In this document: in pieces, positions 26,660-40,438 of the stretch
Numbering within the stretch: position 1 is the stretch's first letter
Layout: the number at the start of each line of letters is the position of its first letter
Position numbers and translations under genes: made by a program
NCBI RefSeq assembly: GCF_006345805.1
Contig: NC_042998.1
Span: 138,632,001-138,696,000 of the forward strand
DNA length: 64,000 nucleotides
Source of the DNA: Octopus sinensis
Lineage: Eukaryota
Reading direction: 5' to 3'
The notes under the pieces: generated by a model
Seen by the model: only the letters and a program-made list of their open reading frames with translations
What the model was told of the DNA's origin: nothing
Database searches by the model: none

Positions 26660-27295
26660 CTAGCAGTATCGCCCGGCGTTGCTCGGGTTTGTAAGGGAAA
26701 TAACTATATAAACATTTTTAGAGAGTTATAGCCAAAAAATAGCAAAAAATGCATTAAAAATGGAAAAAATATGATGGTAAATTTTTTTTTAAATCGTTGA
26801 CTCATCGTAGACATTTTTAGAGAGTTACTTCCCTTATATAATAGCGAAAAAATGCATTAAAATGGAAAAAAAACGATGGTAAATTTTTTTTAAATCGTAG
26901 ACTCATGTAGACGCTTTCTTAGCCATTTCTGTTTTGGTGTCTTCAAGCCATGAAGTCGTTGTTCTAAAAGAACACTGGTCTCCTTGACAACGCATTACGA
27001 CGTTGATTTCCTTACACTCCCTTCCCCACAGGTGCAGGTGTGAGCGTGGACGCCAACTCCGCCGCCATCGACACACGAAAAATTATGCATTAAAATGGAA
27101 TAAAAAACGATGTTAAATTATTTTTAAAATCGTAGACTCATCGTAGACGCGCGCTAATATTCAGACGGGCTCGATATGAATCACGACTATAAGCTACCCG
27201 AATTTGGTTAAACTGCACCGCAAAATGTGGGAGTAGTTAGGAATCTAAATCGAAGGGGACAGACACTCACACAACTACAGTTTTATATATATAGA
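26660..27295 (-). mobile_element. Non-autonomous Helitron
   Basis: Minus strand starts A|TCTATATATATAAAA and ends CCCGAGCAACGCCGGG hairpin ..CTAG|T; inserted between A and T, no TSD; internal diverged repeats (AATGCATTAAAATGGAA..GACTCATCGTAGAC x3). Confidence 0.85.
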
Positions 27296-27399
27296 TATAC
27301 ATAGCGCAGTAGTGGTGAGATGTGACAGCAAAGAAAAGCATACATTCACTATCTGCATGCAATTAGACTCGGAAAGTTCGTGAGGAACCCATTGACCCA

Positions 27400-27725
27400 A
27401 TTTGCTGACTTTTCCGATAGCACACAGGTCTCAATGAATGGTTGAATGACCAAATCCAAGCTTCTCTGCTAGTTCCTCAACAGTTACGATGAGATTTTGT
27501 TCCACCAGGGTTTTCAGGATGTCCTTGTCGAGTTCTACAGATCTTTCAGGATGAGGCTCGTCTTCTAGGCTGTAGTTTATGGCTCGGGATTTCTGGAACC
27601 ACCATTGACACTGCCTTACGCTTATTGTCCAATCCCCATATACTGCATTAATATTTCTTGTACTTTGCACACATTTATATTCTGTTATTCTTTTATATGT
27701 TTCAGCCTTGAGGTTGTGGCCATGC
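27400..27725 (-). mobile_element. Mariner transposase N-terminal (HTH) fragment
   Basis: NINAVYGD..SVRQCQWWFQK..SLEDEP..TVEELAEKLG..HSTI, Mos1-type double HTH. Confidence 0.85.
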
Positions 27726-28482
27726 TGGATCATGTGTGTGTGTGTGTGTGTGTCTATCTGTCTGTCTGTCTGTATGTATATATGTATATGTATGTGTGTG
27801 AACAATAATATTTTCAACAGATGTGTTGAAAATGTATCTGATTGTTCTCAAGCTTCAATACTGTGTGTGTGTATGTGTGTATGTATGTATATGTATGTAT
27901 GTATGTATATGTATGTATGTATGTATGTGTGTATGTATGTATGTGTGTGTGTATGTATGTGTGTGTGTATGTATGTATGTATGTATGTATGTATGTATGT
28001 ATGTATGTATGTTTACTTTATTACTAACACAAGCCACTACTGTTATTTAATGTAAAGTCTTCCTCAAATCACTCTCTCTCTCGCTATTTACTCTCTTCCA
28101 AGAACATTTTCACTCACTCTTAGCTCTTAGCTTCCCATACATTTTACTCATGTATCTATCAGCGTCATAGACAGAATACTTTCAGTTTAGTCTTCCTCAA
28201 ATCACTCTGTCGCTATTTACTTTCATTTTATTCGTTGCCCACTGTGTGTGTGTGTTTGCGTGTGGTGTAAACCAGACTAAGAAAAGCATTTGACACACAC
28301 ACCAGAATGTGAGTTTTCTGTAAATTTTGCTTAATTGGAGTTTAAATTTTAAAAACTGGACCTGGCATGACGCGATGCATTGTACTCTTAAAAATGCTGG
28401 GTAAATTGTAATTGAAGAAATCCTATATTGTAGATTTCTATAACTCCCAAAGGGAGGCAGATAAAATCTGCCTTTTATAATA

Positions 28483-28518
<36 letters not shown>

Positions 28519-28959
28519 ATATAATATAATATAATAAAGCAAAAACTAATTTCTGTGTCATACTTAGACCCCACTGTCACTATTTAATGACACTCCTACA
28601 ATTACCCATGATGGGGGTGAGAGTAATAGTAGGCATAGAGATGGTGAGGGCAGTAGCGAATCCGGAGAGAGAGAGAGAGAGGGAGAGAGAGAGAGAGAGA
28701 GAGAAAGAAAGAAAAAGAGAGGGAGAGAAAGAGATACAAAGAATTTTAGGAAGAGTGGATGATGTTTTATTAAAAGTAGTAGTGTTGATGGTGGCAGTGG
28801 GAGTAATGAAAGACAGGGAAAGAGGGAGAGATGTACAACTTTGTTTAACCATGTCTCTTTGACAGAAATTCCTGTCACCAACATACTGAACACTATCATT
28901 TTTGTTTTATTTTTTTGCTTTCTTTAATACACACACAAAGTTTCCCCAAAATTAAACAT

Positions 28960-29703
28960 ATCTAATATAATAAATGTGAATGTCAGTGTGTCATACATTT
29001 TCAACTTTAATAAATCCTTTCTACTGGAAGCACAAGGCCTCAAATTTTGGGAGAAGCGATTAAGTCGACTACATCGACCCCAGTACGTAACTGGTACTAA
29101 TTTTATTGACCCTGAAAGGATGAAAGGCAAAGTTGACCTCGACGGAATTTGAACTCAAAACCTAACAGTAGACGAAATACTGTTAAGCATTTTGCCCAGC
29201 GTGTTAATGATTCTGCCAGCTTGACTCCTTAATATAATATAAAAATACAATATAATATAATAAATGTGAATGTCAGTGTGTCACACTTTTTCAATTTTAC
29301 TCCTAGAGGACATAACCCAACATATCATACTATTTTGGAAACTGGAGCCATAATCATGAAATTTTGGATTTCCAAGTTTTCATTACTGTGATCGTTTTCA
29401 GTGATTTTTTTTATGTGACATTTTGCGACAATTTTTTTTGTATGATAACAATTTTTATAATCTAAAGGCTAACTCCGTGAATAAATTAAAAACAATCCGT
29501 ACCTGCAATCCTGAAATTTTGGATTCCTATGTTTTCATTACTGCAATTTTTTTTGGCATGATTTTTTGTGACAAATTATCATTGGGACATGACTCTGGAG
29601 GAAACAATTGCAACAAATTCTCCAAAACAAGTCAGAAATCTGCTTGCAGATCTTCCCATTAAAGGTCAGTTGCTTAAAAGCTATGTACTAGCTTTTAAGC
29701 TAG
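28960..29703 (+). mobile_element. Probable non-autonomous Helitron interrupted by a family-B SINE
   Basis: A|TCTAATATAATAAATGTGAATG start (repeated at ~29255); 3' hairpin GCTTAAAAGCTA/TAGCTTTTAAGC ending CTAG|T. Confidence 0.5.
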
Positions 29704-29802
29704 TATATATATATATATATATAATACAAATAAGAAAATGGAGGAACAGATTCATTCCAATCATCTACTTACAGATATTACCAATTCATATTATTTATTA
29801 GC

Positions 29803-29838
<36 letters not shown>

Positions 29839-31170
29839 TATTACAGGCACACACACACAGATATGTATAGATACAAGCGTGGCTGTATGGTAGAGGTTTA
29901 CTTCTCAACCACATAGTTCCGAGTTCAGTCCTACTGTGGCACCTTGGGCAAGTATCTTCTACTATAGCCTCAGGCCGACCAAAGCCTTGTGAGTGGATTT
30001 GGTAGATGGAGACTGAAGAAGCCTGTCATATCTGTCAGTGTCCCTCCCCACTTCACAACCAGTGTTGGTATGTTTACGCCCCCGTAACTTAGTAACTCAG
30101 CTAAAAGAATCTAATAGAATAAGTACCTGACTTAACAAAAAAATAAGTACTGAAACAGATAAAAGGGATCTTTTCTGTTTGGCTGTATGCATACACATAC
30201 ACACGTAATGTAAGGTTTCTTCACAACACAACTGAACCATCTGTGATTGGGCAACACGAGGTGGCTTAGGCTATATGGTGCCAGTTCTGCCTGTGCCCTA
30301 CTGACGTCTATCCCCCTCTCACCTCTATGGACGTCCAGTCCTCTCAAAAGAAATGGGATGCCATCCAATGTAGCATAATCGTGTATGAGTTAGTGCGCCA
30401 ACTTGGCTAGCACCATCTGGCCTGTTTCAGTTCAGCTGCTGAGCTTCGCAGTGAAGGTTAGCTCAATGCCATACCATTACTTGCAATTGGCACTCAGCTT
30501 CATAACGATTGTCTGTGAATTGGCATTTCCCTGAGGCTTGGCCTCCAGAGCTGTGAATTCTACTGCAGATCCACTGTAGATTCTTTTGACCTCAACTCAC
30601 TGGCATGCTGTAATAATGCTGGTTGCCTTCCACGTCATGTCACCCATAGCAAAATCATAAAGCATGGCCTAGAGCTGTAGGCTTCCCTTCCAGCTCAAGC
30701 CAGTAGGGCTAGACTGAGGGGACAATAAAAGCTTGATGGTATGACTATTTCCCCGTTCCATAATGGTTGGTCCCTTCAACTGGGATGCCACATGCTGGGA
30801 CACCTTCTCCAGCAGCAACACCTACCAGCCCAGACTCCGCTGGTTGTTAGGCTGAGAAAAACAAACCGTCAAGGTATTGGTTACTCTCTGATAGGTTTAT
30901 GGTCAAGCCTGTGACAGTGGAGACCTCCGACGTTCTTGCACCCCCTCTGACCCCGTCCAGGCCATATCCCTGCTTACTGCTAACAGGGCAGAGATAGCTA
31001 TCCACAAATGTGAGCCCCATGAGCCAAGAGTGGCTGCTCCAGCACATTTCCCTCGCCATCTGGGACAACGCCTTTTCCATTTTGTCTGCTGGGGCCATGA
31101 GGCAGGCTGACTTATAGGGAATTTGCATGTTCCACTTCATACTTAGATGCAATTATTTATTATTTTAAAT

Positions 31171-31390
31171 TGTAGCGTAGACTCAGGTGAAATTCGTCTC
31201 TCCCATTTATTATATATATGTGCATTTGAACATAGCAGGGAACAGCTAACCTTTGGCTGCTATTTGGTTCCTGTTGTGTCCACTATTCTGATTGGTTGGT
31301 ATCAATGCAATTTGTCTCTTACTCTGTCGTACCAACTTGCTGTGTATAACCAGTCAGAGTCCTTAAATAAAATTACATGGGACAGCCTGT
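31171..31390 (+). mobile_element. Possible decayed LTR with adjacent PBS-like TGG
   Basis: TGTAGCG... to ...AATAAAATTACA followed by TGGGACAGC; no partner LTR or pol motif recognised. Confidence 0.3.
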
Positions 31391-34300
31391 TTACCACCCT
31401 GTTTTGAGTCTACTGTTCCTTATAAAGATTCAGCTTTTCCTCTTTCTGAAGTCTTTGGTTCCAGACCTTTTAAGGTTTAGCCACTGACCACAAAGACACA
31501 GCCAGTTCCAGCGACAGTGTCAGACAACACCACCACAGCAGCTACGTTGAGACTTATCAACTTCATCCAACAGCATTACAGCAACCTCTCTCTTCGTCGC
31601 CACCATCATGTCCTTCTTAATGTCATCAACATCATCTCTCTACGTGCACAGCTCAGCAAGCAATTCACCCAGGTTCCAACACTTCACTGTTCCTGAATTA
31701 TTTCACCATGGATCAACAGTGAATATACGACCTGCATGAACTCCTGTAGCAAGTGACCTAGGCAGCAGTATCACAGCCATAACTTAATGTATGACATGTA
31801 CCTGCAACTGGCTCAGCATCATGGCCGCGACTTCTTGAAACAGTATTTCACTTACCATGTACTATTGACTACGAACTGGTATTATCTTTCTTGTGTCCAT
31901 GAACTTACTTCTCACTTCGATGGTTGTAGACTCTTTCATTGTCTCCTTCTTCATTGCCATCCTTATATGTTCTTAACTCATGTGCATACATATATGCCTA
32001 CATGCACACATACATTTTATTCTCATGACAGCCTGTCTATTATTCTGTATACATGATGCACACACAATCTCACAAGTTAACATATCAATAAATCTTCTCT
32101 TAATTATTCTGCGTGGTTGTATCTCTTTTCCCTATGGCATTTATATTGGTTCTATCAATTTTCTCTTTATTGTAAGGGCTGTGTGATGTAGTACTAAAGA
32201 GCGATTCTCGCACCTCACATCGCACAGTCCTTACAAATTCTACCTCACACATATAGACACACCTATATAGTCACACAATAAATTCACCTTGACAGCTGTG
32301 TTTAATAACAAGGAAACCGCTTATAATGTCAATTTTGAGGCACCAGCCGGTAACGTTTGTTGAAATTTAAATGTAACCTACTACAAAACTAGTATTCAAG
32401 AGAAAACAAGTGTCATATTAGCACAGATTAATCAGTAACCAACAGTCATTTGCAAGTGTATCATGCTTTTACTATTTGTTTTATGGGCCCTTGTAGTTGC
32501 AGACAAATATAGTCTCCCTCTCAGTCCTATGTGACAGCAGGATATATAGATAGATTGACAAATAGATAGGGGGATATGCAGACAGATAGATAAACAGAGG
32601 GATTAGAGAGAGAGAGGGGTGGAGGTTGCGCTCAGTTAGAACTCATTACAGCTTCGACTAGACAAACATAAAGCAAATTACCTGCACATTGTTTTGTCTG
32701 GTCAAGGAATTGAACCTGTGATCTTATGATCACCACCTGAACACCATAACTTCTAGGTTATGTGGATCTCAGATGAAAATAAATGGTAGAGTAGTATGAT
32801 TTCAGTGAGAATTTGTTGCCATTTCCAGCAAAGAGAGCAATCACATAAGAGGACCCCTTCATTGCATAATCAATTACATAGTAAGTAATGATAATAAACC
32901 TTACTAGTGTTTTTGTTTTCAGAATAGTCAGCTGGCCTCAGTACGAGTGAACTATGATGATTAAATACATATCAATATTGCTCAAAGTTCTATTAGTGTC
33001 GTGATTAAATTTGGATACTGCTTCAATATCTATTAATATCCAAATATGATATTGTGTTAAGATCTATTATTAACACTTGTACAAAAATAAAAAATAGTTT
33101 TTAAGAAATGTGAACTTTTTTTTTACGTAATTGTTACATGTTGGAAGGGTCATAATTAATAGAACTCATAAACATGCTTACCGATTGGTGTTTGTTTTAG
33201 AATATATTCTATTTCCTTTTGTTTTTCCAAAACGAAATGAAAGATATTCCAAGACAGCCATCAGTGACTGAGTTTATAAACTGTTTTGTGACTTTTCCCA
33301 AATATAACAATATTGGTTTCAACACAGTTTCAGATCAAAATACATGCAAAACATTCAAACTTTTGAGATTTATTTCTTTTTCTTTATTTCTTTTGTTTGA
33401 TTTTGCATTCATTAAGTCTTACTCTAAAGAGAATGGATTGCATCAATTTCTTTCCAGGTTTCACTTGCTTAGGAAACAAGGATAAAGTAAAGTTATTGTT
33501 GTTATTAAACAGCAAATAATATTAGTTAGTGTGCAATAGTGAGAAGTATAAGGTTTTAGTGTGGGTTCGTCTTTCTTTGGAGATGTTTTCAGGTTTTTGC
33601 TTGAACACTAATGTCATGGTGGTTGCTTGTTGGTGTGCATAGTATTGTTGAAGACTATCATTGTGTGGTCTAGTGAGTTGCATGTGTCATAAATGAAGCA
33701 GACTCATGACCTTTTTTTTTAAACATATTCATTGAGGAACATGATTTACTTTGTTGGCTATCTAGAAAAGAAATATGCAGATACTATAAACCACTGGTTG
33801 AGAGGAGAGAACCGAGTTGTGTGTTGTTGAAGGCTAGATGTGATACATTGTGTATAAGTGTCCGAAGTTGTCTCTTGCTCAAGGTGGTTTGCCTAAAGTG
33901 GTCTATCTAAGTGCCTGAAGTAGTCTGTATAGCGAGTTAGGCACCAAGCTGTTGAAGTAGGGTAAAAAGCTAGAGAATTTTAGATCATCCAAGAAGCCAT
34001 ATAATGTCACAACTTCATGTTGACTGGTCAATTTATAGATCAATCATGTGAAACTGTAGTGGCTTACTTGAGATTCCAGACTTAATATTCCGTGGTTGGG
34101 GTTCAAATCCCTACAAATGCTTATTTTGGATTCCTGTTTCTAGCCGATCAAAGCTAGGTAGAAACAGAATCAAAATCTAGTGATTTTAGTTTTGGAAAAA
34201 TCAAGTCGGAAATGATTAAACTACAAAGAAATAGGATATTTAGTGGAGAGAAATAGCCAACACCATTGACCCCAGTACTTGACTGGGACTATTTTATTGA

Positions 34301-35221
34301 CACCGAAAGGATGAAAGACACAGTTTACCCCAGTAGGTTTCACAATGAGTCAAACGTAATATTGCATGGTATTTTCCACCAACACTTGAATAGCTGAAGA
34401 GGATATCGGAAACTTACAGTAAATTTACATGGTATGCTTCAATGATTAAATAGGTGATTTCAATAGCCAACTGCAATTTGAGAGTTTTAAAATCGGGCAA
34501 GAATTCTGAGTAATAAGGAAGCTTTGCTGAAGGGGAGCAAAAATACCTGTGAAGAAAAACCACACACATACACACACACAGGTACACATATACATACGAT
34601 GGGCTTCTTTCAGTTTCCATCTGCCAAATTCACTCACAAGGCCCCACCTAAGGTGCCATGCAGTGGGACTGAACTGGGAACTATGTTGTTGGGAAGCAAG
34701 TTTCTTACTACACAGCCACTCCTACACCTAAAAATATGTGTGTGTGTGTCTAGGCTTGTGTATTTTCTGTGTAGGTATGTATGTATGTTTGTGTGTGTAT
34801 GTATGTGTGCTTCTATGTCTTTGAGAAGGAAGGAAAAATACAATACTGACTTTGAATAAAAGAAGGGAGGAGAAAAGGTTTTTGAGAGAGAGAGAGAGAG
34901 ATAAGAGAGAAGGAGCGAGAGAGAAAGAGAGATAGAGAGAGAAACAGAGTGTGTGTGAAAAATCTATATATATATATATATAGATAGACAGGTGGGAATT
35001 GATTAAAAGCGTGGGAATTTTAAGTGTAATTCAATACAACAGAACACAAATTTCCAAACATAACTATATGTATATATTAATATATATATATATAATTATT
35101 TTTATTTCTTTTGGTGTGTGTGTGTGTGTGTGTCTATCTGTCTGTCTGTCTATCTGTGTCTGTGTTTGTTTCTGTATGTGTTTCAACATATAGACAAGGC
35201 AACTTTAAAAAAATAACTATA

Positions 35222-35393
35222 GGCGCAGGAGTGGCTGTGTGGTAAGTAGCTTGCTAACCAACCACATGGTTCCGGGTTCAGTCCCACTGCGTGGCATCTT
35301 GGGCAACTGTCTTCTGCTATAGCCCCGGGCCGACCAATGCCTTGTGAGTGGATTTGGTAGACGGAAACTGAAAAGAAGCCCGTCGTATATATG

Positions 35394-35426
<33 letters not shown>

Positions 35427-35640
35427 TTGTGTGTCTGTGTTTGTCCCCCTAGCATTGCTTGACAACCGATGCTGGTGTGTTTACATCCCCGTCACTTAGC
35501 GGTTTGGCAAAAGAGACCGATAGAATAAGTACTGGGCTTACAAAGAATAAGTCCCGGGGTCGATTTGCTCGACTAAAAGGTGGTGCTCCAGCATGGCCGC
35601 AGTCAAATGACTGAAACAAGTAAAAGAGTAAAAGAGAAAA
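35222..35640 (+). mobile_element. Full-length, young SINE family A
   Basis: GGCGCAGGAGTGGCTGTGTGG (A box), GGTTCAGTCCC (B-box-like), core GTGAGTGGATTTGGTAGACGGAAACTG, internal (TA/TG)n, tail GGTGCTCCAGCATGGCCGCAG..TGAAACAAGTAAAAG; >15 partial copies in window. Confidence 0.9.
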
Positions 35641-36327
35641 GAGTATATATATATATATATATATCACAAAACTCGAGAACAACCCAACCGATTTCATTCA
35701 AGTTTTAAACATGCCTTACTTAGGGTCCATGGAGTGTCATGAGCCAAAAAATTTTCAACTTCTTACCAAATGCGAGCCCGGAGTAATCTCTTATCTTTAG
35801 TCATTTGACTATGGCCATGCTGGAGCATCGGCTTTAATCAAACAATTCAACCCCAGTACTTATTCTTTGTAAACCTGGTACTTATTCTGTCAGTCACTTT
35901 TGCTGAGCCTCAAAGTTATGGGGATGTAAACACACCAACATCGGTTGTCAAGAGATGGAAGTGGTATAAACACACACACACACACATATGATGGGCTTCT
36001 TTCAGTTTCCATTTGCTAAATCTACTCACAAGGCTTTGGTCGGCCTGAGGTTATAGTAAAAGACACTTGCCGAGGGTGTCACGCAGTGGCACTGAACCTG
36101 GAACCATGTGGTTGGGAAGCAAGCTTCTCAATCACAGGTAAAGAAGAAAATGGAGAGGATAATCAATCAATAAACATCAGCCTGTAGACATTCATTTATA
36201 TCTATTTATTAATTGATTACAATCATATGTATAAGTAATAAAAAAAAAACAAATGAAATAAGCAAATAAACAAGTAAATAAATAGATAAATAAAAATAAA
36301 CAAATAAATAAGCGAAAAAATACTAAG

Positions 36328-36471
36328 CTCTTACAGCTATTTCTATTATGGGTTTGCCCAATCTGCCAAGTTTTCCACATTTTGCCAGTAATATACAGGG
36401 ATTTTACAAATGTTGAACAAACATTGGACAGGGGTTGAACAATACCTGAGCCCTAGAGCTTCATCAGAGAG
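36328..36471 (-). ncRNA. Hammerhead ribozyme, long stem II, partly decayed
   Basis: Minus: CTCT-CTGATGA-AGCTCTAGGG...CCCATAATA-GAAA-T-AGCT-G-TA-AGAG; base of stem II pairs poorly. Confidence 0.6.
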
Positions 36472-36923
36472 ATTGTAATGTTAGGAATCTAACATATGAG
36501 GAAGTAAGGTAAAATAATAAAATAAAATAAAATAATAACATAATAGAAATAGTAAGGAATGGTAAAAACGTCAATTCTAAGGTGATGTCCATAATCCATG
36601 GGATTACATCTTATGGTAAAGAAAGTCACTTCCAGGAGTAATTTACACAGGTTATAAGAGTTACATCCTATTTCGATTTTACTGGGGGAACTAACGAGGG
36701 TAAGATGTTGTGGAGTGAGTTTAATGGGATGGTTCATATCACAAGGGTCAAAAGTTAGAGGCTAACTGCTATTTAATAAGCATCATAAAAAGAACTGAGT
36801 AAGTTAACTAATGTGAACTTGTTTGGGGAAATCAATGAAAGAATAATTTGGGTAAAATCTTAGTATTATCAGAAATATTAAATTTTTAAATATCTCACAG
36901 AGATATGTACGGTGGTGGGCGAT

Positions 36924-37234
36924 AGAGTGGTTGTATACTGTCAACTTAACGTGACAGTAAGGGAGTTACACCCCCGCTGTTTAGCCCTAGGAAGCATCGA
37001 CGCTCCCTGTCGGCCTCAACACATTTCCTGTGTCCTTATATATTTACAAAGGGGAGACAAATACCCCCAACAGCTAGGCCTGTTGTTGGGGTATTTGTCT
37101 CCCCTTCATAAATATATAAGGACACAGGAAATGTGTCGAGGCCGACAGGAAGCGTCGTCGATGCTTCCTAGGGCTAAACAGCGGTGGTGTAACTCCCTTA
37201 CTGTCACGTTAAGTTGACAGTATACAACCACTCT
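36924..37234. repeat. ~310-bp near-perfect palindrome (foldback)
   Basis: AGAGTGGTTGTATACTGTCAAC...ATACCCCCAACA / TGTTGGGGTAT...GTTGACAGTATACAACCACTCT; ~150-bp arms, short loop. Confidence 0.95.
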
Positions 37235-37375
37235 TAGTATTATATTATTACTTATTAACAAAAACCACATCCTAATACCCCTACGAATATCTACAGGCTA
37301 TTCGTCAGTTGATCATCTTCTCTATTTTCTTATTTGTCTAATGAATTCTGGGTAAATTTCTGTTTTACCCCTACT

Positions 37376-37408
<33 letters not shown>

Positions 37409-37421
37409 GTATGTGTGTGTA

Positions 37422-37487
<66 letters not shown>

Positions 37488-37540
37488 TATACATACATAC
37501 ATATACATACATATATATATATATATATACATACATACAT

Positions 37541-37605
<65 letters not shown>

Positions 37606-37998
37606 TATACATACATACATATATAAATATATATATCGCTTAGTTTTGGGTTATTATTAATCTCAAGGCTGTATCTCACCCGATGACGTGTTTTAAAAAT
37701 ATGCCAAATATATATTTTAGTACACTCTGACCGACTTTATCAGGTCAAAATATATCCACGTTTCGGTGTGGAATTCGTGCAGTTACGTCTTTCCGAGCCT
37801 CTGAACGTCTGACAAAAGATTTCAGTTGTGACAAATATCATTTTTCGCTTTTTTTCTGTCTTTGTTTTGTCATATGATCTTATTCTGTCCCGTTTATTAT
37901 TCTTTAATGTCTCTTCCACTCTCACGGTCTCAAACAAGCATGGGTAAGTCAAAATGTAACAGTCAAAGGGAAGTAATTAGATATAGCTTATCAGCAGA

Positions 37999-38938
37999 GT
38001 TATTTTCCTTTATGGCAAAAAAACTGAGCGGCTAACATCAGCAGGGCAGCCGATTTCCTCAACTGTGCACAGTTTTTCATTTCTATCCCAAATCCTTATG
38101 TCAGGTCTATTTTGTTTACATTTTATTGAAATTTCACTGGGACATTCCACCAGTACTCCTTTTTATTATGAGTGGTTATGGCTTCCACCATACTGTGGGT
38201 TCTTATTTCTTTGTCCTCGCGGTTATCCTTTCGACGGATCTCATTATACAGTGTCCTTAGCTACATCATGTCTCATCGTTAGATAAATAACGTGATGATA
38301 TTTTTGGACAACTGCTTATGATGTGGATGATATCTTCGGTGTTAACTCCATAAAATCTGTATAGGTTATCACACTTTTCCTACATCGCTGTCCTTTTACG
38401 CACTGATAATAATAACGGCAAAAACTATATAAATTCAGCAATGACAAAAAACTGTAATCTACTTCAGTTTTTAACTAAGATTCTAAAACTTCTTAATAAT
38501 TAATTCTAAAAAAAAAAATTTTCATATACGAATAAAATAGGCATTCTCGTATGCGAGACAGCTGCATCACACCAATAAGAAAAAATCAACGACGGAGACG
38601 TTTAGAAAATATAATTTAAAGTTTAAGAGCTGTGCTTTAGTTAGGATTAAGTTTTAGAATGTATCTATTAGGGTTAAAGTAAAAGTATTTCGACAAAATT
38701 GTTACGGAATAAGCTATGTTTACTGAAATACGGCAAATTTGCGTCTGATGCGAAGTAACTACTTACAGTGCATTTTATAATCGGTTTAAAACATTTTATT
38801 TCTTTCAAATAACCCTAACCCTAACCCTTACATACGTTTATTTTAAACGGTACAATATATACATACAGTTTGAAGTTTAAACATTTTCTCAACTTTGATA
38901 TTTAGCCGCTCAGTTTTTTTGCCATAAAGGAAAATAAC
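37999..38938. mobile_element. TIR-bounded non-autonomous element (~940 bp)
   Basis: ~37-bp inverted ends GTTATTTTCCTTTATGGCAAAAAAACTGAGCGGCTAA / TTAGCCGCTCAGTTTTTTTGCCATAAAGGAAAATAAC; internal (TAACCC)3. Confidence 0.7.
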
Positions 38939-38939
38939 A

Positions 38940-39200
38940 TAAAGCTAAAGATCAGGAGAAAAGGAACTGCCAACGCTGACCTATTGAGAAATCTGCAGTT
39001 ACTCTACCCAGATTACAAGTTCAGGTTTATACGTGTAATGATTGGGGCACTGGAATATGTAACACACTGTCTAATTAGCAATCTTGAAAAATTAGGCTTC
39101 TCAAAATCAGAAAGGAGAAAGCTGATTCGAAGACTACAAATCCAATCCATCACTGGAACTATAAAAATCTGTATAACTTTCCAGACGTTCATCATTTATA
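38940..39200 (+). mobile_element. 3' end of an RLE-type (R4/Dong/R2-like) non-LTR element
   Basis: LLRNLQLLYPDYKF.FI.VMIGAL..V...L..NL.KLG..LQ..SI.GT.KI, C-terminus of the RLE domain, ending at (TA)n. Confidence 0.65.
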
Positions 39201-40374
39201 TATATATATGAGTAAGTCTAGAATGTAGTTATATGCACGAGAATACATACATACATACATACATACATACATACATACATACATACATACATACATACAT
39301 ACATACATACATACATACATACATACACGACGGGCTTCTTTCAGTTTCCGTCTGCCGAATCCATTCACATGTTTTTGGTAGGCTAGAAGCTATTGTAGAA
39401 GACGCTTGCTCAAGATGCCAACACAGTGGGACAGAATCCAGAACCATGTAGTTGGGAAATAAGCTTCTTACCTTCACAGCCATGCCGCCTGTTTATTTAT
39501 TTATTTATTTTACAGAAAAAATGGTTGAAGAATTTTAATTCTTTCTTTAAAAGAAAAAGAAATGGTATCAACAAACTAATTTTAGCTTTAAATGTATTGA
39601 AACATTTAAATAAAATCTCGAATCCGTTTGTCGAAGCAAAGGACCGAAAAATTGGAATACCTAATATTTGGGACATCTACTATAATAATATTCTTGTGTC
39701 TTTCTCCGCCACAACATATGGATGAGAAACGAAAGGGTAATAGATGAATAAGGAAGGAAAGGGTGATGGCAAACTCGGTAGTGGGATGATGGAAGTTCTA
39801 CAGTGAAAAAGAATCAAACAGCGTTTCAACTCTGCGTGAGTATATGTGTGTGTATGTAAAAGGGAGTCATGTGAATACTTGTGTGTGTGTGTGTGTGTGA
39901 AATGGAAGTGAGGTGGTGAACATTCAATGCTAAAAAGAAAAATCAAACAGCGTTTCAACTCTGTGTGAGTATATGTGTGTGCGTGTACAAGGGAGGTATG
40001 TGAATGTTTGTATCTGTGATTATTATTTTGTATCCTATTCATATATAAAATACTACAATTAGCCGTCATTTCTGACGGTACAGGGCCTACGAGTCTCACA
40101 TAGTAAAATGCAATTTCTCTCATCGGTCATGCTGGGAAAAGCAGCGTAACACAACAAACGCTGAATGTATGCAGGTGAACTGCGTCCAAAGGTTTTATTG
40201 TTAAGACGTTAGTATTTTAATCAAAATAAAACTACAAATTTTTATCTTATAATTGTATTTAGTTTACCAGTTTCGCATACACATATATAAGTATATATAT
40301 TAATTGAATATTAAACCCGTTTGTTTTAAAATATCGTTGACATAACATATATGTGTATATAAATATATATATAT

Positions 40375-40435
<61 letters not shown>

Positions 40436-40438
40436 ATT

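Larger units (their letters stand above)
36140..37372 (-). mobile_element. PLE-type non-coding element with inverted ends, hammerhead and internal palindrome
   Basis: 36140-36193 (AAGAAAATGGAGAGGAT..AGCCTGTAGACATTC) is a diverged reverse complement of ~37285-37335; hammerhead motif at 36328-36471. Confidence 0.55.

Noticed and set aside
27708-28055. CMYV/YIHT-type ORFs (also ~37.3-37.7, 39.2, 47.5-47.9, 57-58 kb)
   Set aside because: Stop-free (TA)n/(TATG)n/(TG)n repeats, not genes.
32955-33040. C/D-box snoRNA (ATGATGA)
   Set aside because: No downstream CTGA D box or terminal stem within the expected distance.
38810-38828. Telomere
   Set aside because: Only three TAACCC units inside a TIR element.
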